Source: Octopus vulgaris
Taxonomy: Eukaryota
NCBI GenBank assembly: GCA_951406725.2
Contig: OX597817.1
Span: 48,670,001-48,734,000, forward strand
Direction: 5' to 3'
DNA length: 64,000 nucleotides
Below the pieces are notes generated by a model, which saw only the letters and a list, made by a program, of their open reading frames with translations, made no database searches and was not told the DNA's origin. The position numbers were made by a program, and so were the translations under genes. Shown in pieces: positions 13,273 to 25,567 of this stretch. Every line of letters begins with the position of its first letter. The first letter of the stretch is position 1.

Positions 13273-14136
13273 TTCCACAAATGCACATGCATATGCGCAC
13301 GTATATGCGGCGTGTGTGTGAATATATGTTATATATATATATATGATGTGTGTGAGTGTGTGAGAGTTTGTGTGTTAATATACATCTATGCATATATATA
13401 TGTGTGTGTGTGTGAGTGAGTGTGTGTGTATCTGTGTATATATAAGTAAATATGCATATGTACATGTATATCCGTATATATGTGAATATATGTATCTATT
13501 TATTTATACATATACATATATATGCATTATATTATACATACATATTTAAATACATACATGCATATATATATGCATGTATGTATTTAAGTATGTATGTGTA
13601 TATATTTATATATATGTATATATATATATATGTATATATATGTATGTGTGTGTGTATATATATATATATGCATAATAATACATATACGTATGCATGTATG
13701 TATTCACATACACATGCATATCCATGTGCGTGTATTAGACGATATAAGTTACCAATTTGCTTATCATGCTGAAATAAACAAAATATAAATATGTAAACTC
13801 CGGTATTTCACTGCACACTGTTGACTATTAAATAATTGAAGGATATATTGTTAGCAGAAAGGAAAACGAAAGATAAATATCAATATAAAGGCATAAAATA
13901 TATATTTGACGAAGCAAAGGATTCAACCAAGTTATTCAAGGAATCGGAGCTATCGAAGAACTCATCAGCACCATCAGCATTGCACGCCTTGCTAAACCAA
14001 GAATGACGAAGGTTGTTATGCGGAAGAAGAAGCTGTCATGCGGAAATCAAAGCCACTAAAGTTTGTGTTGTACAGATACTAGACATATTTAGAAGATGGA
14101 CTGCTTTTCTTTTACTCTTTTACTTGTTGCAGTAAA

Positions 14137-14197
<61 letters not shown>

Positions 14198-14229
14198 AAG
14201 AGCATCTGTATGGGTGCGAACATCTGTGT

Positions 14230-14622
14230 ATTTGTGTTTGTTTGTCCCCAAACCGGTGTAGGTACATTTATGTCCTCGCAACATAGTGGTTCGCAAAAGA
14301 GCGATAGAATATACACCAGATTCAAAAACAAAAACAAATAAATATCGCGGTCGATTTGTTCGACTAGAAATTCCTTGAGACGAAATACCTATTTCTTTAC
14401 TACCCACAAGGGGCTAAACACAGAGGGGACAAACAAGGACAGACACACGGATTAAGTCGATTAGATCCACCACAGTGCGTAACTGGTACTTAATTTATCG
14501 ACCCCGGAAGGATGAAAGGTGAAGTCGACCTCGGTGGAATTTGAACTCCGAACATAAAGACAGACGAAATATCGCTAAGCATTTCGCCCGGCGTGCTACC
14601 GTTTCTGCCAGAACACCGCCTT
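14230..14622. mobile_element. Family A 3' part (+, 14230-14376) interrupted by a family B SINE (-, 14377-14622)
   Basis: Family-diagnostic motifs in opposite orientations. Confidence 0.8.
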
Positions 14623-14926
14623 ATGATATAGAAATATTAACCCTTTCGTAGACTTATACATATAACTAATTCTATCATCGTGACAAATCTTTGAATTCAA
14701 CTGTAGTTTTGTCATCATACTTTATTTTATCATAGTATTAATTGTGTTAACTTGTCTACTCTATTTAGGTTCAGTATTTTGAAACCCACTCAATATATTT
14801 ACCCTCCTTGAAGCATTGCATCTTCGATCTGTTAGACATTTTAAAGTTTTTGAAAAACTGTGGCATATACTTCGAGCAATGCATAATTTTGAGTTTGTTT
14901 GATGTATACATACACAACCACATACA

Positions 14927-14959
<33 letters not shown>

Positions 14960-15448
14960 TTGTATGTGCGTGTGGATATATAAACAAGTGCGTGTGCATA
15001 TATGTATATACAGCGAGAGAATGCGGGAGATTGAGAGAGATAAAAGATGAAAACAGAACGATAGGTTAGAGACTTTGATGATGATAGAAGCCGGCTGAAT
15101 GCACACTGCTTGGAGATGTATCGTCTACTACCACTTTCAAGAACTCGCTTCCATATGTTAAATTTCATAAAGACAAGACTTTAAACGATTGAACTGATAT
15201 TTAAATATCAAAACCAATAGCGTTAGATATTTTTGTATTTGGCCTCCATCGCTTGAGAGTCTGTTTTTGTTTTGTTTAAGATCCAGTCAGTTAGCAGTTC
15301 TGCAAAAGAGATGGGTAATATAAACACTGTCGAAAGTAAGTACTGTTCAATTATCTGCTTTAAGGCAGTGCTCAAGAATGACCAAAGTCCAGTGAAATGC
15401 AACTGGTAAAAGATAAAAGATGTGAAATAAGTAATCATTATTATTAAT

Positions 15449-15612
15449 GGCAGCAAACTGGCGGAATCGTTAACATGCTGAGCAAAATGTTTGGCGGCAT
15501 TTCATCCGGTTCTTCTTCACGTTCTGAGTTCAAATGCCATCGAGGATGACTTTGACATTTATCCTTTCGGGGTTGATACAATAAGCATTAGTCGAACGTT
15601 GAGGGTCGATTC
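15449..15612 (+). mobile_element. SINE family B, diverged
   Basis: GGCAGCAAACTGGCGGAATCGTTAAC head and ATCCTTTCGGGGTTGAT domain. Confidence 0.65.
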
Positions 15613-15884
15613 CTAGTTTGCTATTCTGCTTGATTGTACACCTAAAAGTCTTATAAAGAATCCCAGGGGTCACATGAATCCCGGTTGAGAACAACTTACC
15701 TTAGGAACACATTTACATGCTTTTTTTCTCCTTTATTCACAGGCGGTGGCTTATTTGTTTGCCGATACCGGTTTTGTTATGATGGATTTTATCTATTTCT
15801 TCACGCTACACCACGTTCCTCATTCCTTAGGTATTACCTTTGCTTGTTGAAAGTCAGACATCTTACACAGACCAACTGGTATTT

Positions 15885-16276
15885 TCTCTTTACTTGTTTC
15901 AGTAATTTGACTGCGGCCATGCTGGAGCACCGCCTTTAGGTCGAGCAAATCGACCCCAGGACTTATTCTTTAGAAGCCTAGTACTTATTCTATCAGTCTC
16001 TTTTGCCAAACCTCTAAGTTACAGGGACATAAACACACCAGCATCGGTTGTCAAGCAATGTTGGGGGACAAACACAGACACCCCCGCCACATATATATAT
16101 ATATACATATATACGACGGGCTTCTTTCAGTTTCTATCTACCAAATCCACTCACAAGGCTTTGGCAGGCTCGAGGCTATAGTAGAAGACACTTGCCCAAG
16201 GTGCCACGCAGTGGGACTGAACCCGGAACTATATGGTTGGTAAGTAAGCTACTTACCACACAGCCACTCCTGTGCC
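15885..16276 (-). mobile_element. SINE family A, full length
   Basis: Head, CORE-like motif and tail are all present. Confidence 0.9.
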
Positions 16277-16307
16277 TACTGTTCTTGTTTTCTTTCTTTC
16301 TTTTTTT

Positions 16308-16600
16308 TTTAGTGGTTAGGCGCATTCGGCTCATAACCGTAAGTTCGGAGACTCGCTTTTTTTTTTGTCCTTGATCAAGACACTTTACTTCACTCAACCA
16401 GAAAAACTGAATTACAACTTTATTTCACTGAATAAGCCATGTCACATCCTGCGTCACGCTGGATCTCTCTCAGAACTACGTTCAGAGTATACATGTATGT
16501 GGAGTGCTCCACTACTTGCACGTTGATTTCACGATCAGGCCGTTCCGTTGATCGGATCACGCGGGACACGCGTCATCATAAATAACAGAGCGCTAGTTAC
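16308..16600 (+). mobile_element. Diverged tRNA-headed SINE (other family)
   Basis: TTAGTGGTTAGG A-box-like start and CORE-like CTTGATCAAGACACTTTACTTC. Confidence 0.5.
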
Positions 16601-16682
16601 TTCGTCAACTAACTCCTTTTCTCTCCCACGTCACACTTTCCTTCCCTTTACCTAGCTAACGTGCCATACCTATCCGTGCGCT

Positions 16683-17108
16683 GGATCTTTTCGGTTTGAA
16701 CGGCAGTTTTTTCTAGCGGTGTCATATGAAATTATCACCCATAATTATGACCCTAGTATCAATCTATTGCATTTCAATCTGTTTTTGGGGTTAGTTAGGG
16801 TTAGGGTAAGGGGTGGGAGAAGGGTATCTTTTTTTCTTCACAAATGTAAATAAACCAAATCTGTTTCTTAAACGAGGGACATATTCATACGGCACACAAT
16901 GTTTTTTACCTCAATGGACGTCACTGATTGGTTGAAATTGCAGAAATTGAAGAAAAACACAACAAATATCTTACAAACTATAGAATTTTCTCAATAAACC
17001 CAAGAGAATAACATGTTTTATAAACACATTCTACCAGTATACGAAGTTTAAAATTTTTTAGTTACCTACAAATTATGTTAAAAACTGCCGTTCAAACCGA
17101 AAAGATCC
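16683..17108. mobile_element. MITE / non-autonomous DNA transposon with 8-bp TSD (Merlin-like GG termini)
   Basis: ~29-bp perfect TIRs GGATCTTTTCGGTTTGAACGGCAGTTTTT. TSD CGTGCGCT at 16675-16682 and 17109-17116. Internal TTAGGG-like repeats. Confidence 0.85.
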
Positions 17109-17431
17109 CGTGCGCTTTCTCTTCTTTGTCTCTCCGATTTCTATCTCTCCATAACTCTTCTTTGACTTATTGCTTCACTAACAGCAGAACCTTACTTCAA
17201 TGATGCTACCATGTGAACGCTTGATTTGGTAAAAATAATTAATGTTTGGTCTGCTGAAAGTGTACAAAATGAATACATGAAAAGTATTTACTTAATTGAT
17301 TCGGCAAAAATGAAAGAAAGCATTAATAATGTCTATCTTATTCCTCTCTGAGACAAAATACGCACGCGCGCGTTGACACGCACTCCTGAAAATATCTATA
17401 TATGTGTATATATATGCATATTTGTGTCTTC

Positions 17432-17489
<58 letters not shown>

Positions 17490-17644
17490 ATATATATATA
17501 TATACTTATATACATATATATACATATACATATACATATATATACACACATATATATATACATATATATACATACATAAACATATGTACACATATATATA
17601 TATATACATACATATATATACATGCATATATATATACATAGATA

Positions 17645-17680
<36 letters not shown>

Positions 17681-17715
17681 CATATATACATATATATACA
17701 TATATACATATATGT

Positions 17716-17756
<41 letters not shown>

Positions 17757-17970
17757 GCAATAATAATTCTCTAAAAGAGATATAGACAGTAACTGCTCGA
17801 TAACATAAGGGACTAAAGCCATCTGAATATGGCTAGGGACAGGGCAGGGTGGTGGGGGTGTTACTGTTGCATTTAGCCCCAGGCGAACATCGACGTCACC
17901 AGAAAGGCTAGACACCGTCACGGTGTCCTTATCCTGCAAAGGAGGTAATTCTCCGATGAAGCGGAAACCA

Positions 17971-18016
17971 CACACGGACCATGGTTTCAAGGTGTATTGC
18001 CTATCGTCGGCGTGTG
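17971..18016 (-). ncRNA. Type I hammerhead ribozyme (inverted copy)
   Basis: Reverse complement of the 18314-18359 motif. Confidence 0.8.
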
Positions 18017-18313
18017 GTAGGCTTCCGCTTCCTCGACGAATCCTCACTCTAGCCGGTGTCTAGCCTTTCTGGTGACGTCGATGTTCGCCTGGGGCTAAAT
18101 GCAACAGTAACACCCCCACCACCCTGCCCTGTCCCTAGCCATATTCAGATGGCTTTAGTCCCTTATGTTATCGAGCAGTTACTGTCTATATCTCTTTTAG
18201 AGAATTATTATTGCTTTTGAACAGATTTTCGAAATCAGCAAATGTATTTTGCTTGAAAATCTATATATGAATATCCTGCAGAGTGAGGATTCGTCGAGGA
18301 AGCGGAAGCCTAC

Positions 18314-18359
18314 CACACGCCGACGATAGGCAATACACCTTGAAACCATGGTCCGTGTG
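18314..18359 (+). ncRNA. Type I hammerhead ribozyme, U4C core variant; predicted GUC cleavage after 18353
   Basis: CACACG-CCGACGA-U-AGG(CAAUACA)CCU-U-GAAA-CCAUGG-UC-CGUGUG: 6-bp stem I, 3-bp stem II, palindromic stem III ACCAUGGU. Confidence 0.85.
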
Positions 18360-18673
18360 TGGTTTCCGCTTCATCGGGGAATTACCTCCCTTTGCAGGAT
18401 AAGGACACCGTGACGGTGTCTAGCCTTTCTGGTGACGTCGATGTTCGCCTGGGGCTAAATGCAACAGTAACACCCCCACCACCCTGCCCTGTCCCTAGCC
18501 ATATTCAGATGGCTTTAGTCCCTTATGTTATCGAGCAGTTACTGTCTATATCTCTTTTAGAGAATTATTATTGCTTTTGAACAGATTTTCGAAATCAGCA
18601 AATGTATTTTGCTTGAAAATCTATATATGAATATCCTGCAGAGTGAGGATTCGTCGAGGAAGCGGAAGCCTAC

Positions 18674-18719
18674 CACACGCCGACGATAGGCAATACACCT
18701 TGAAACCATGGTCCGTGTG
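18674..18719 (+). ncRNA. Type I hammerhead ribozyme, unit 2; predicted cleavage after 18713
   Basis: Identical to 18314-18359. Confidence 0.85.
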
Positions 18720-19033
18720 TGGTTTCCGCTTCATCGGGGAATTACCTCCCTTTGCAGGATAAGGACACCGTGACGGTGTCTAGCCTTTCTGGTGACGTCG
18801 ATGTTCGCCTGGGGCTAAATGCAACAGTAACACCCCCACCACCCTGCCCTGTCCCTAGCCATATTCAGATGGCTTTAGTCCCTTATGTTATCGAGCAGTT
18901 ACTGTCTATATCTCTTTTAGAGAATTATTATTGCTTTCGAACAGATTTTCGAAATCAGCAAATGTATTTTGCTTGAAAATCTATATATGAATATCCTGCA
19001 GAGTGAGGATTCGTCGAGGAAGCGGAAGCCTAC

Positions 19034-19079
19034 CACACGCCGACGATAGGCAATACACCTTGAAACCATGGTCCGTGTG
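19034..19079 (+). ncRNA. Type I hammerhead ribozyme, unit 3; predicted cleavage after 19073
   Basis: Identical to 18314-18359. Confidence 0.85.
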
Positions 19080-19262
19080 TGGTTTCCGCTTCATCGGGGA
19101 ATTACCTCCCTTTGCAGGATAAGGACACCGTGACGGTGTCTAGCCTTTCTGGTGACGTCGATGTTCGCCTGGGGCTAAATGCAACAGTAACACCCCCACC
19201 ACCCTGCCCTGTCCCTAGCCATATTCAGATGGCTTTAGTCCCTTATGTTATATATATATATT

Positions 19263-19316
<54 letters not shown>

Positions 19317-19318
<2 letters not shown>

Positions 19319-19461
19319 TGTAGGGGTGGCTATGTGGTAAGTAGCTTGCTTACCAACAACATGGTTCCGGGTTCAGTCCCACTTCTTAGCACTTTGGGCT
19401 AGTGTCTTCTGCTATAACCTTGTGAGTGGATTTGGTAGACGGAAACTGAAAGAAGTCCGCC

Positions 19462-19493
<32 letters not shown>

Positions 19494-19709
19494 TTGTGTG
19501 TGTGTGTGTGTGTATTTCTGTGTCTGTGTCCCCCCCCCCAACATCATTTGGCAACCGATGCTAGTGTGTTTACGTAACTTAGCGGTTCGGCAAAAGAGAC
19601 CAATAGAATTAGTACTAGACTTACTAAGAATAAGTCCTGGGATCGATTTGCTCGACTAAAGGCGGTGCTCCAGCATGGCCACAGTAAAATGACTGAAACA
19701 AGTAAAAGA
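19317..19709 (+). mobile_element. SINE family A with (GAA)n tail
   Basis: Head GGTGTAGGGGTGGCTATGTGGTAAG, B-box GGTTCAGTCC, family tail. Confidence 0.85.
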
Positions 19710-19789
19710 AGAAGAAGAAGAAGAAGAAGAAGAAGAAGACAACAGCAATGACAACAAGTGGGCATTACCGTCTCGAGCCTCAGCAGTCA

Positions 19790-20090
19790 TGTCACTTGCC
19801 TGGTTTTTATGGTCTACAAGTGTCCGAAATCAAAGAATTATTCCCTGAACGGGACGCGAGTCCATCGTAGGGTAGCTCGCTTACAACATCGGGGACTGGA
19901 GTAACATGACTTGAAATTCTATATTTAAGAGGTGAGGAATTATGTACAATTATGTACAAGAGATGAGAATGATGTAAATAATGAAATGAAATGTTTTGTT
20001 CAAGTACACAATGCACTGCTTGTCCCTGGAATCGAAAGCACGATCTTATGGTTATGATTGCAACATCCTCACCACTAGGCTACCCACCTT
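19790..20090 (-). mobile_element. Diverged SINE family C (tRNA head, Meta/V-like domain)
   Basis: Minus strand CCTACGATGGACTCGCGTCCCGTTCAGGG; TTCGATTCC B-box near 20030. Confidence 0.55.
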
Positions 20091-20267
20091 CTGCATAAAA
20101 TATAGTTGAAAATGACTGTCTACCATATGGTGCCTTGAATAAGGTGGTGGGATATCATATTAATCAATTAAATACCAGTTTACTATTAATTCTTCATCTT
20201 TATTTGATGTAAAGCAATGTGGCGGAGCAGTGTAGCTTATTTGAAGTAAAACGATATGGCAGAGACC

Positions 20268-20668
20268 AAAGGCGGCGAGCTGGCAGAATCGTTAGCACAC
20301 CGGGCGAAATTCTTAGCGGCATTTCGTGCCTTTATGTTCTGGGTTCAAATTCCGCCGAGGTCGACTTTGTCGTTCATCCTTTCGGGGTCGATAAATTAAG
20401 TACCAGTTACGCACTGGGATCAATATAATCAACTTAATCCGTTTGTCTGTCCTTGTTTGTCTCCTCTGTGTTTAGCCTCTTGTGGGTGGTAAAAAAATAT
20501 GTATTTCGTTTGTCTTTATGTTCTGAGTTCAAATTCCGCCGAGGTCGGCTTTGCCTTTCTTCCTTTCACGGTCGATAAATTAAGTACCAGTTGCGTACTG
20601 GGGTCAATCTAATCGACTGGCCTCCTCCTCCCGAATTTCGGCCTTTGTGCCTAGAGTAGGAAAGAATA
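20268..20668 (+). mobile_element. SINE family B, head plus two bodies
   Basis: Head and two Nin/Deu-like domains. Confidence 0.85.
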
Positions 20669-21256
20669 TAGCAGAGAACAGCCCTCTCTAGCTCTACAGC
20701 TCGAAAGAGCTGAATGAAACACTGAAATTACATATGACTTATGAATTGGCTGTGCTCCTACTGTTTTTAAGTTCCCGTAAGTACACATGCAAGCTAGCTT
20801 GGTGGACTGGATGGTCAAGTGTTAAGTGTTCTTGGTATGGATATAAAACTGCCAGTAACAATATATGAATTGACACCCACTCACAAGTTGTCCAGTATCC
20901 TACCGACTTAGCTAGTTACGATGATCGTATTTAAAACATATTTACAAAATTAAATAATCTTTATTTTCTTTTACGACGCTTCAGTTTCATATCTGAGATG
21001 CACAATTACGAATACAACCACAACAGTAATGTGGTTATATGATCACTTTCGTTCACACTAGTTAGATTGAACGTTTTTCTCGTTAAATATAATTTAATTT
21101 CTGTCAAAGTGTTTTCCAAATGAAAAGTATTCTAAAATTCACAATAAATTAATTTTCTTTCATATCTTAGTTTCATAGGACAAATTAATCACATTAAATC
21201 ACATATTATGATTGTAGTTTTAGTTTTCTAATGGTGTATTTATTATTTGTTATTCC

Positions 21257-21733
21257 AAGACGGTGAGCTGGCAGAAGCGTTAGCACGCCAGGCGAAATGC
21301 TTAGCAATATTTCATATGTCTTTATGTTCTGAGATCAAATTCCGCCGAGGTCGACTTTGCCTTTTATCCTTTCGGGGTCGATAAATTGAGTACCAGTTGC
21401 GTACTGAGGTCGATCTAATCTACTGGCCCCCTTCCCGAAAATTTCGGGTTTTGTGCCTAGTCTAGAAAAGATAATTCCAAGGCAGCGGCGAGCTGGCAGA
21501 AACGTTCGCACGTCGGGCGAAATGCGTAGTCATATTTCGTCCCCTCTGTGTTTAGCCCCTTGTGTAAAGAAGTAGGTATTTCGTCTGCCGTTACGTTCTG
21601 AGTTCAAATTCCGCCGAGGTCGACTTTGCCTTTCATCCTTTCGGGGTCGATTAAATAAGTACCAGTTACGGACGGGGAGTCGATGTAATCGACTCACCCT
21701 ATGTTTAGCCCCCTGTGGGCAATAAAGAAATAA
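21257..21733 (+). mobile_element. Two adjacent family B SINEs
   Basis: Heads at ~21257 and ~21486. Confidence 0.85.
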
Positions 21734-22591
21734 ATATGAAGTATTTCAGAAATAGCAACCGAGGTATAACGTTTGAATATGCTATACCCAGTACAAACAT
21801 CACTGAGCAGGTAATTCGGAGGCTTGCTTTATTCACATAATATATTCATGAGTTTAGTTGGTGTAATAGATTTTAGAGACTCTTAAAACTATTCGCAAAT
21901 CTCATTTTCTTCGTAAATGACTGACATGTTTTCCCGTTAATGTGATTGTTTTCTCCCTAAATAGAAATATATGTACGGTTTTCATGTTATATAAATATAT
22001 GGACGTTATATATATTGGTTGCGTTTAAGGTTGTTTGCAACAAATTATCAGATTGCACTCTCGTCACTCCTGGTTAATTCAATTTTATTTTTTAAACTCC
22101 TAAATCTGCATATTAACTCGACCTGTGGAATGCCTAAATGTCTAAAAGAAATCCACATATATAATCCGTATATTTTTGTACATTATTGGATATATATACA
22201 TGCAAACTAATAGGACACACATGCACACACACACACATGTATGTATGTATGTATATATATATATATATATATATATACATGGATAAGATCGTTAATTTAA
22301 AAATAAAGTAACGATTTTATCAAGTGGTCAGCATGGAAAAAATAACCTTCAATGGTAATAATTATTAAAATTATAAATTAGGGTATCTACGAGATACCAC
22401 CATGCTGAAAATAGCAGCCATGATCTGACTTTAAAACCACGTAAATTGTCCATATATCAACACGGAGAGAAAACAAAGAGACAAGATGAAACTAGTAAAA
22501 GATTACTGGATAATTCTAGATCCAGATTTCTGACTTTATATTTATGAATGCTTTGCCACGTCAGTAGAATACACACAGAAGATAGACATAA

Positions 22592-22638
<47 letters not shown>

Positions 22639-22726
22639 ACATACGAATACTTACATATACGAACGTATACCTGCATATATTATGCACTTATGCATCATGG
22701 CCAGTTCAATATATATATAGAGAGAG

Positions 22727-22940
22727 TGGAGGCGCGTGGCTTAGTGGTTAAGGTGTTGGACTCATGATCGTAAGGTTGTGATTTCGATTCCTGGACGGTC
22801 TTTAGCAAAACCCTTTATTTCACATTGCTTTAGTCCAATCAGCTTGCAAAAATGAGTAATCCTGCGATGGACCGGGGTCCCGTCTAGGTGGAGAGAATAT
22901 ACGCCATTGAAACTGGGAAACCGGCCCTCATGAGGATTTT
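22727..22940 (+). mobile_element. SINE family C (tRNA head, CORE-like and Meta/V-like domain)
   Basis: GGAGGCGCGTGGCTTAGTGGTTAAGG...TTCGATTCC and CCTGCGATGGACCGGGGTCCCGTCTAGG...GAAACCGGCCCT. Confidence 0.75.
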
Positions 22941-23133
22941 TATATCTTTTACCTTTTGCTTGATTCAGTCACTAGACTGCGGTCATTCTGAATGAAATAT
23001 GCAAGGACAAAATGGTTAAACAATACATAAGGAAACAGCCAAAGAAAATCAGAATATTAGAAGAAAAATATTTAACACGTATAACTTCAAAGAAACCAAA
23101 AATGTTAAGAGGGATTAGAGGTATTTTGTAAGC

Positions 23134-23433
23134 TTTTACTTGTTTCAGTCATTAGACTGCGGCCATGCTGGTGCACCGTCTTCAAGAATTTTTGCCGAAT
23201 GAATCAATCCCTGCTAGTTTCCGGGGACTTAAACAAACCAACACCGTTTGTCAAGCGGTGGGTTCAAACACATACACACACATGTATGTGACGAATTTTT
23301 TTTTTCAGTTTCCGTCTACCAAATATATTCGCAAGTTTTTGGCTGGCCCAAACCTACATTTAAAGGACACTTGCCCAAGGTGCCACGCAGTGGGATTGAA
23401 TACAGTACCATGTGACTGCTAAGCAAACCTGCA

Positions 23434-23476
<43 letters not shown>

Positions 23477-24178
23477 TATATCTACAGTTTGGTGCTCCCA
23501 CCCCCACCGAGTTTGTTTCCTCTTTACATTCCAAAACAAATCCCCAATTATTTTGATGCAGTTTTGCTGGGTTAACTTTTCCTGTACACACATTAAAATT
23601 ATGTTGATAACGTTAAAATAAATTTGAGAGGAGTGTTGGATCATTCTTTTGCTTCGTAATTTTCGTTATTCTTTTATTCTGTTATTCTTTTACTCTTTTA
23701 TTCTTTTACTCTTTTATTCTTTAACTCATTTATTCTAGTATTCTTTTTGCTTCGTAATTTTCGTTTATTCTTTTATTCCTTTACTTGTTTCAGTCATTTC
23801 ACCGTGGCCATGCTGGAGCACCGCCTTTAGTGGAGCAAATCGACCCCAGGACTTATTCTTTGTAAGCCTAGTACTTATTCTATCGGTCTCTTTTGCCGAA
23901 CCGCTAAGTTACGTGTACGTAAACATACCAGCATCGGTTGTCAAGCGATGTTTGGAGTACAAACACAGACACACACAAACACACACACACACACACACAC
24001 ATACACATATATATACATATGTATACGACGGGCTTCTTTCAGTTTCCGTCTACCAAATCCACTCACAAGGCTTTGGTTGGCCCGAGGCTATAGTAGAAGA
24101 CACTTGCCTAAGTTGCCACGCAGTGGGACTGAACCCGGAACCATGTGGTTGGTAAGCAAGCTACTTACCACACAGCCA
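23134..24178 (-). mobile_element. Two family A SINEs (old 23134-23430; young 23775-24178)
   Basis: Family motifs. Confidence 0.85.
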
Positions 24179-24469
24179 TACATATTTTTAAAGGATATTT
24201 TACAGAAACACATTTTTGAGAATGTTGATACTTCACAAATGAAAGAAAACTGAAAGTGCTAAAGTTACCGAAATTTGTGGTAACAGAGTGAAGTATGAAA
24301 TAGGGAATGGGCTAAAAACTCGTTCTAAAAATTATTTTTCTAATTTTATCAAGGGAATCAAAACATCTCCTTTCAAAAACCTATTTCTAAATTTTATTTT
24401 AAAAATGTGTATTTTTCAGAAAATTCTAAGAATCACAAGAGGTGCTGAGGCACCAAACTGTTGATATGC

Positions 24470-24537
<68 letters not shown>

Positions 24538-25119
24538 CTCTCTTTGCCCTTCTCTCTACCTCTCTGGCTATCTTTCTCTCTGTCTGTCTGTCTTTCTCTC
24601 TTTTACTCTCTCCCTCCCTCTTTCTCTTCCCCTTCCCATCTCCCCTCCTCTCTCTCTCTCTTTCTCTCTCCATACCCATATAAATATAAAGCTACTTGTG
24701 GGAGGGAGAGGGGTGAAAGAAAGAGAGAAGGGGGAGAAAGTATGCATGTGTGTGTAATTGTGTGTTGGTGTGTGTGAACCTCCCTGATATAATATCCAAA
24801 CGGAAAGTAATTTTATTTTCAACAACATTTTTTTTTTTTACTTTTAGAATATAAACGAGGAAATAAACTTTCAATAATGTGTATACCGAGTTACATATGT
24901 TGTATGCCGAGTTACATATGTTGTATGCGTATGTATATATGTTACTCGGAATTTAAAATATTAGAAAAAACGACCTGTTAGTCTGCTTCACACACACCAA
25001 CGCACATCTTTCGTTTGACACACAGATGTGCATAGTTATTCGCCATAACAACTCTTGTCATTTGACATACTCTCCTCCTACTCCTCCTACTTCTCCTCCT
25101 CCTCCTTCTCCTCCTCCTC

Positions 25120-25268
25120 GGCGTCTATGATTCAGTCTCTCTTGATGCGCGAGTGTTTGTAGCGTTCTTTTGCTATTGCCTCCCACGAAGCATTCATCTT
25201 GCACCTTTTATGTTGACAATCACAATATATCTGTTTTACATTCTCGTCTCCGAAAAGCATGACTAGAT
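25120..25268 (-). pseudogene. 3' end fragment of an RTE-clade LINE
   Basis: Minus frame NIKRCKMNASWEAIAKER matches the RTE/BovB C-terminal pattern (LKxCxI...WExxAxDR). Confidence 0.5.
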
Positions 25269-25363
25269 AAATCATTGAAACAACCACCCGCCCGCCCGCC
25301 CGCCCGCCCATCCAACCAACTATCCAACTTACCAGCCAACAAACCCACTTTTCAGTTATTTTG

Positions 25364-25425
<62 letters not shown>

Positions 25426-25516
25426 TTATCTATCTATCTCTCTATCTCTCTCTCTATATATATATATATTGGGTATGATAGCTGAGTTCAGCAAAAGTTT
25501 ATATATGTATCATATA

Positions 25517-25567
<51 letters not shown>

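Larger units (their letters stand above)
17756..19251 (+). mobile_element. Retrozyme-like array: inverted partial unit (17756-18050) plus 3.3 direct 360-bp units (18054-19251), embedded in (TA)n
   Basis: Units repeat at an exact 360-bp period, with one substitution seen at 18938. Each unit contains a type I hammerhead. Confidence 0.9.

Noticed and set aside
17950-18022. Second hammerhead on the opposite strand of the unit (CCGAUGA-AGCG-GAAA-CCACAC..GUGUGG-UA)
   Set aside because: Stem I is only 2 bp, there is no stem II, and the motif is absent from the sister copy. It is probably a by-product of the rod's self-complementarity, though cheap to test.
18091-18190. HDV-like or hatchet ribozyme in the unit (GGGGCUA..UAGUCCC)
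   Set aside because: A P1-like helix exists, but L3, P1.1 and J4/2 do not fit the consensus.
18054-19251. CRISPR array or 5S/snRNA gene array
   Set aside because: There are no unique spacers and no resemblance to 5S rRNA or spliceosomal RNAs.
17292-19402. Repeated ORFs ([22 protein letters not shown]...) in the 360-bp units
   Set aside because: They start at GTG, match no domain I recognise and are not preserved in the 47.7-kb homologue, where RNA structure is conserved instead.
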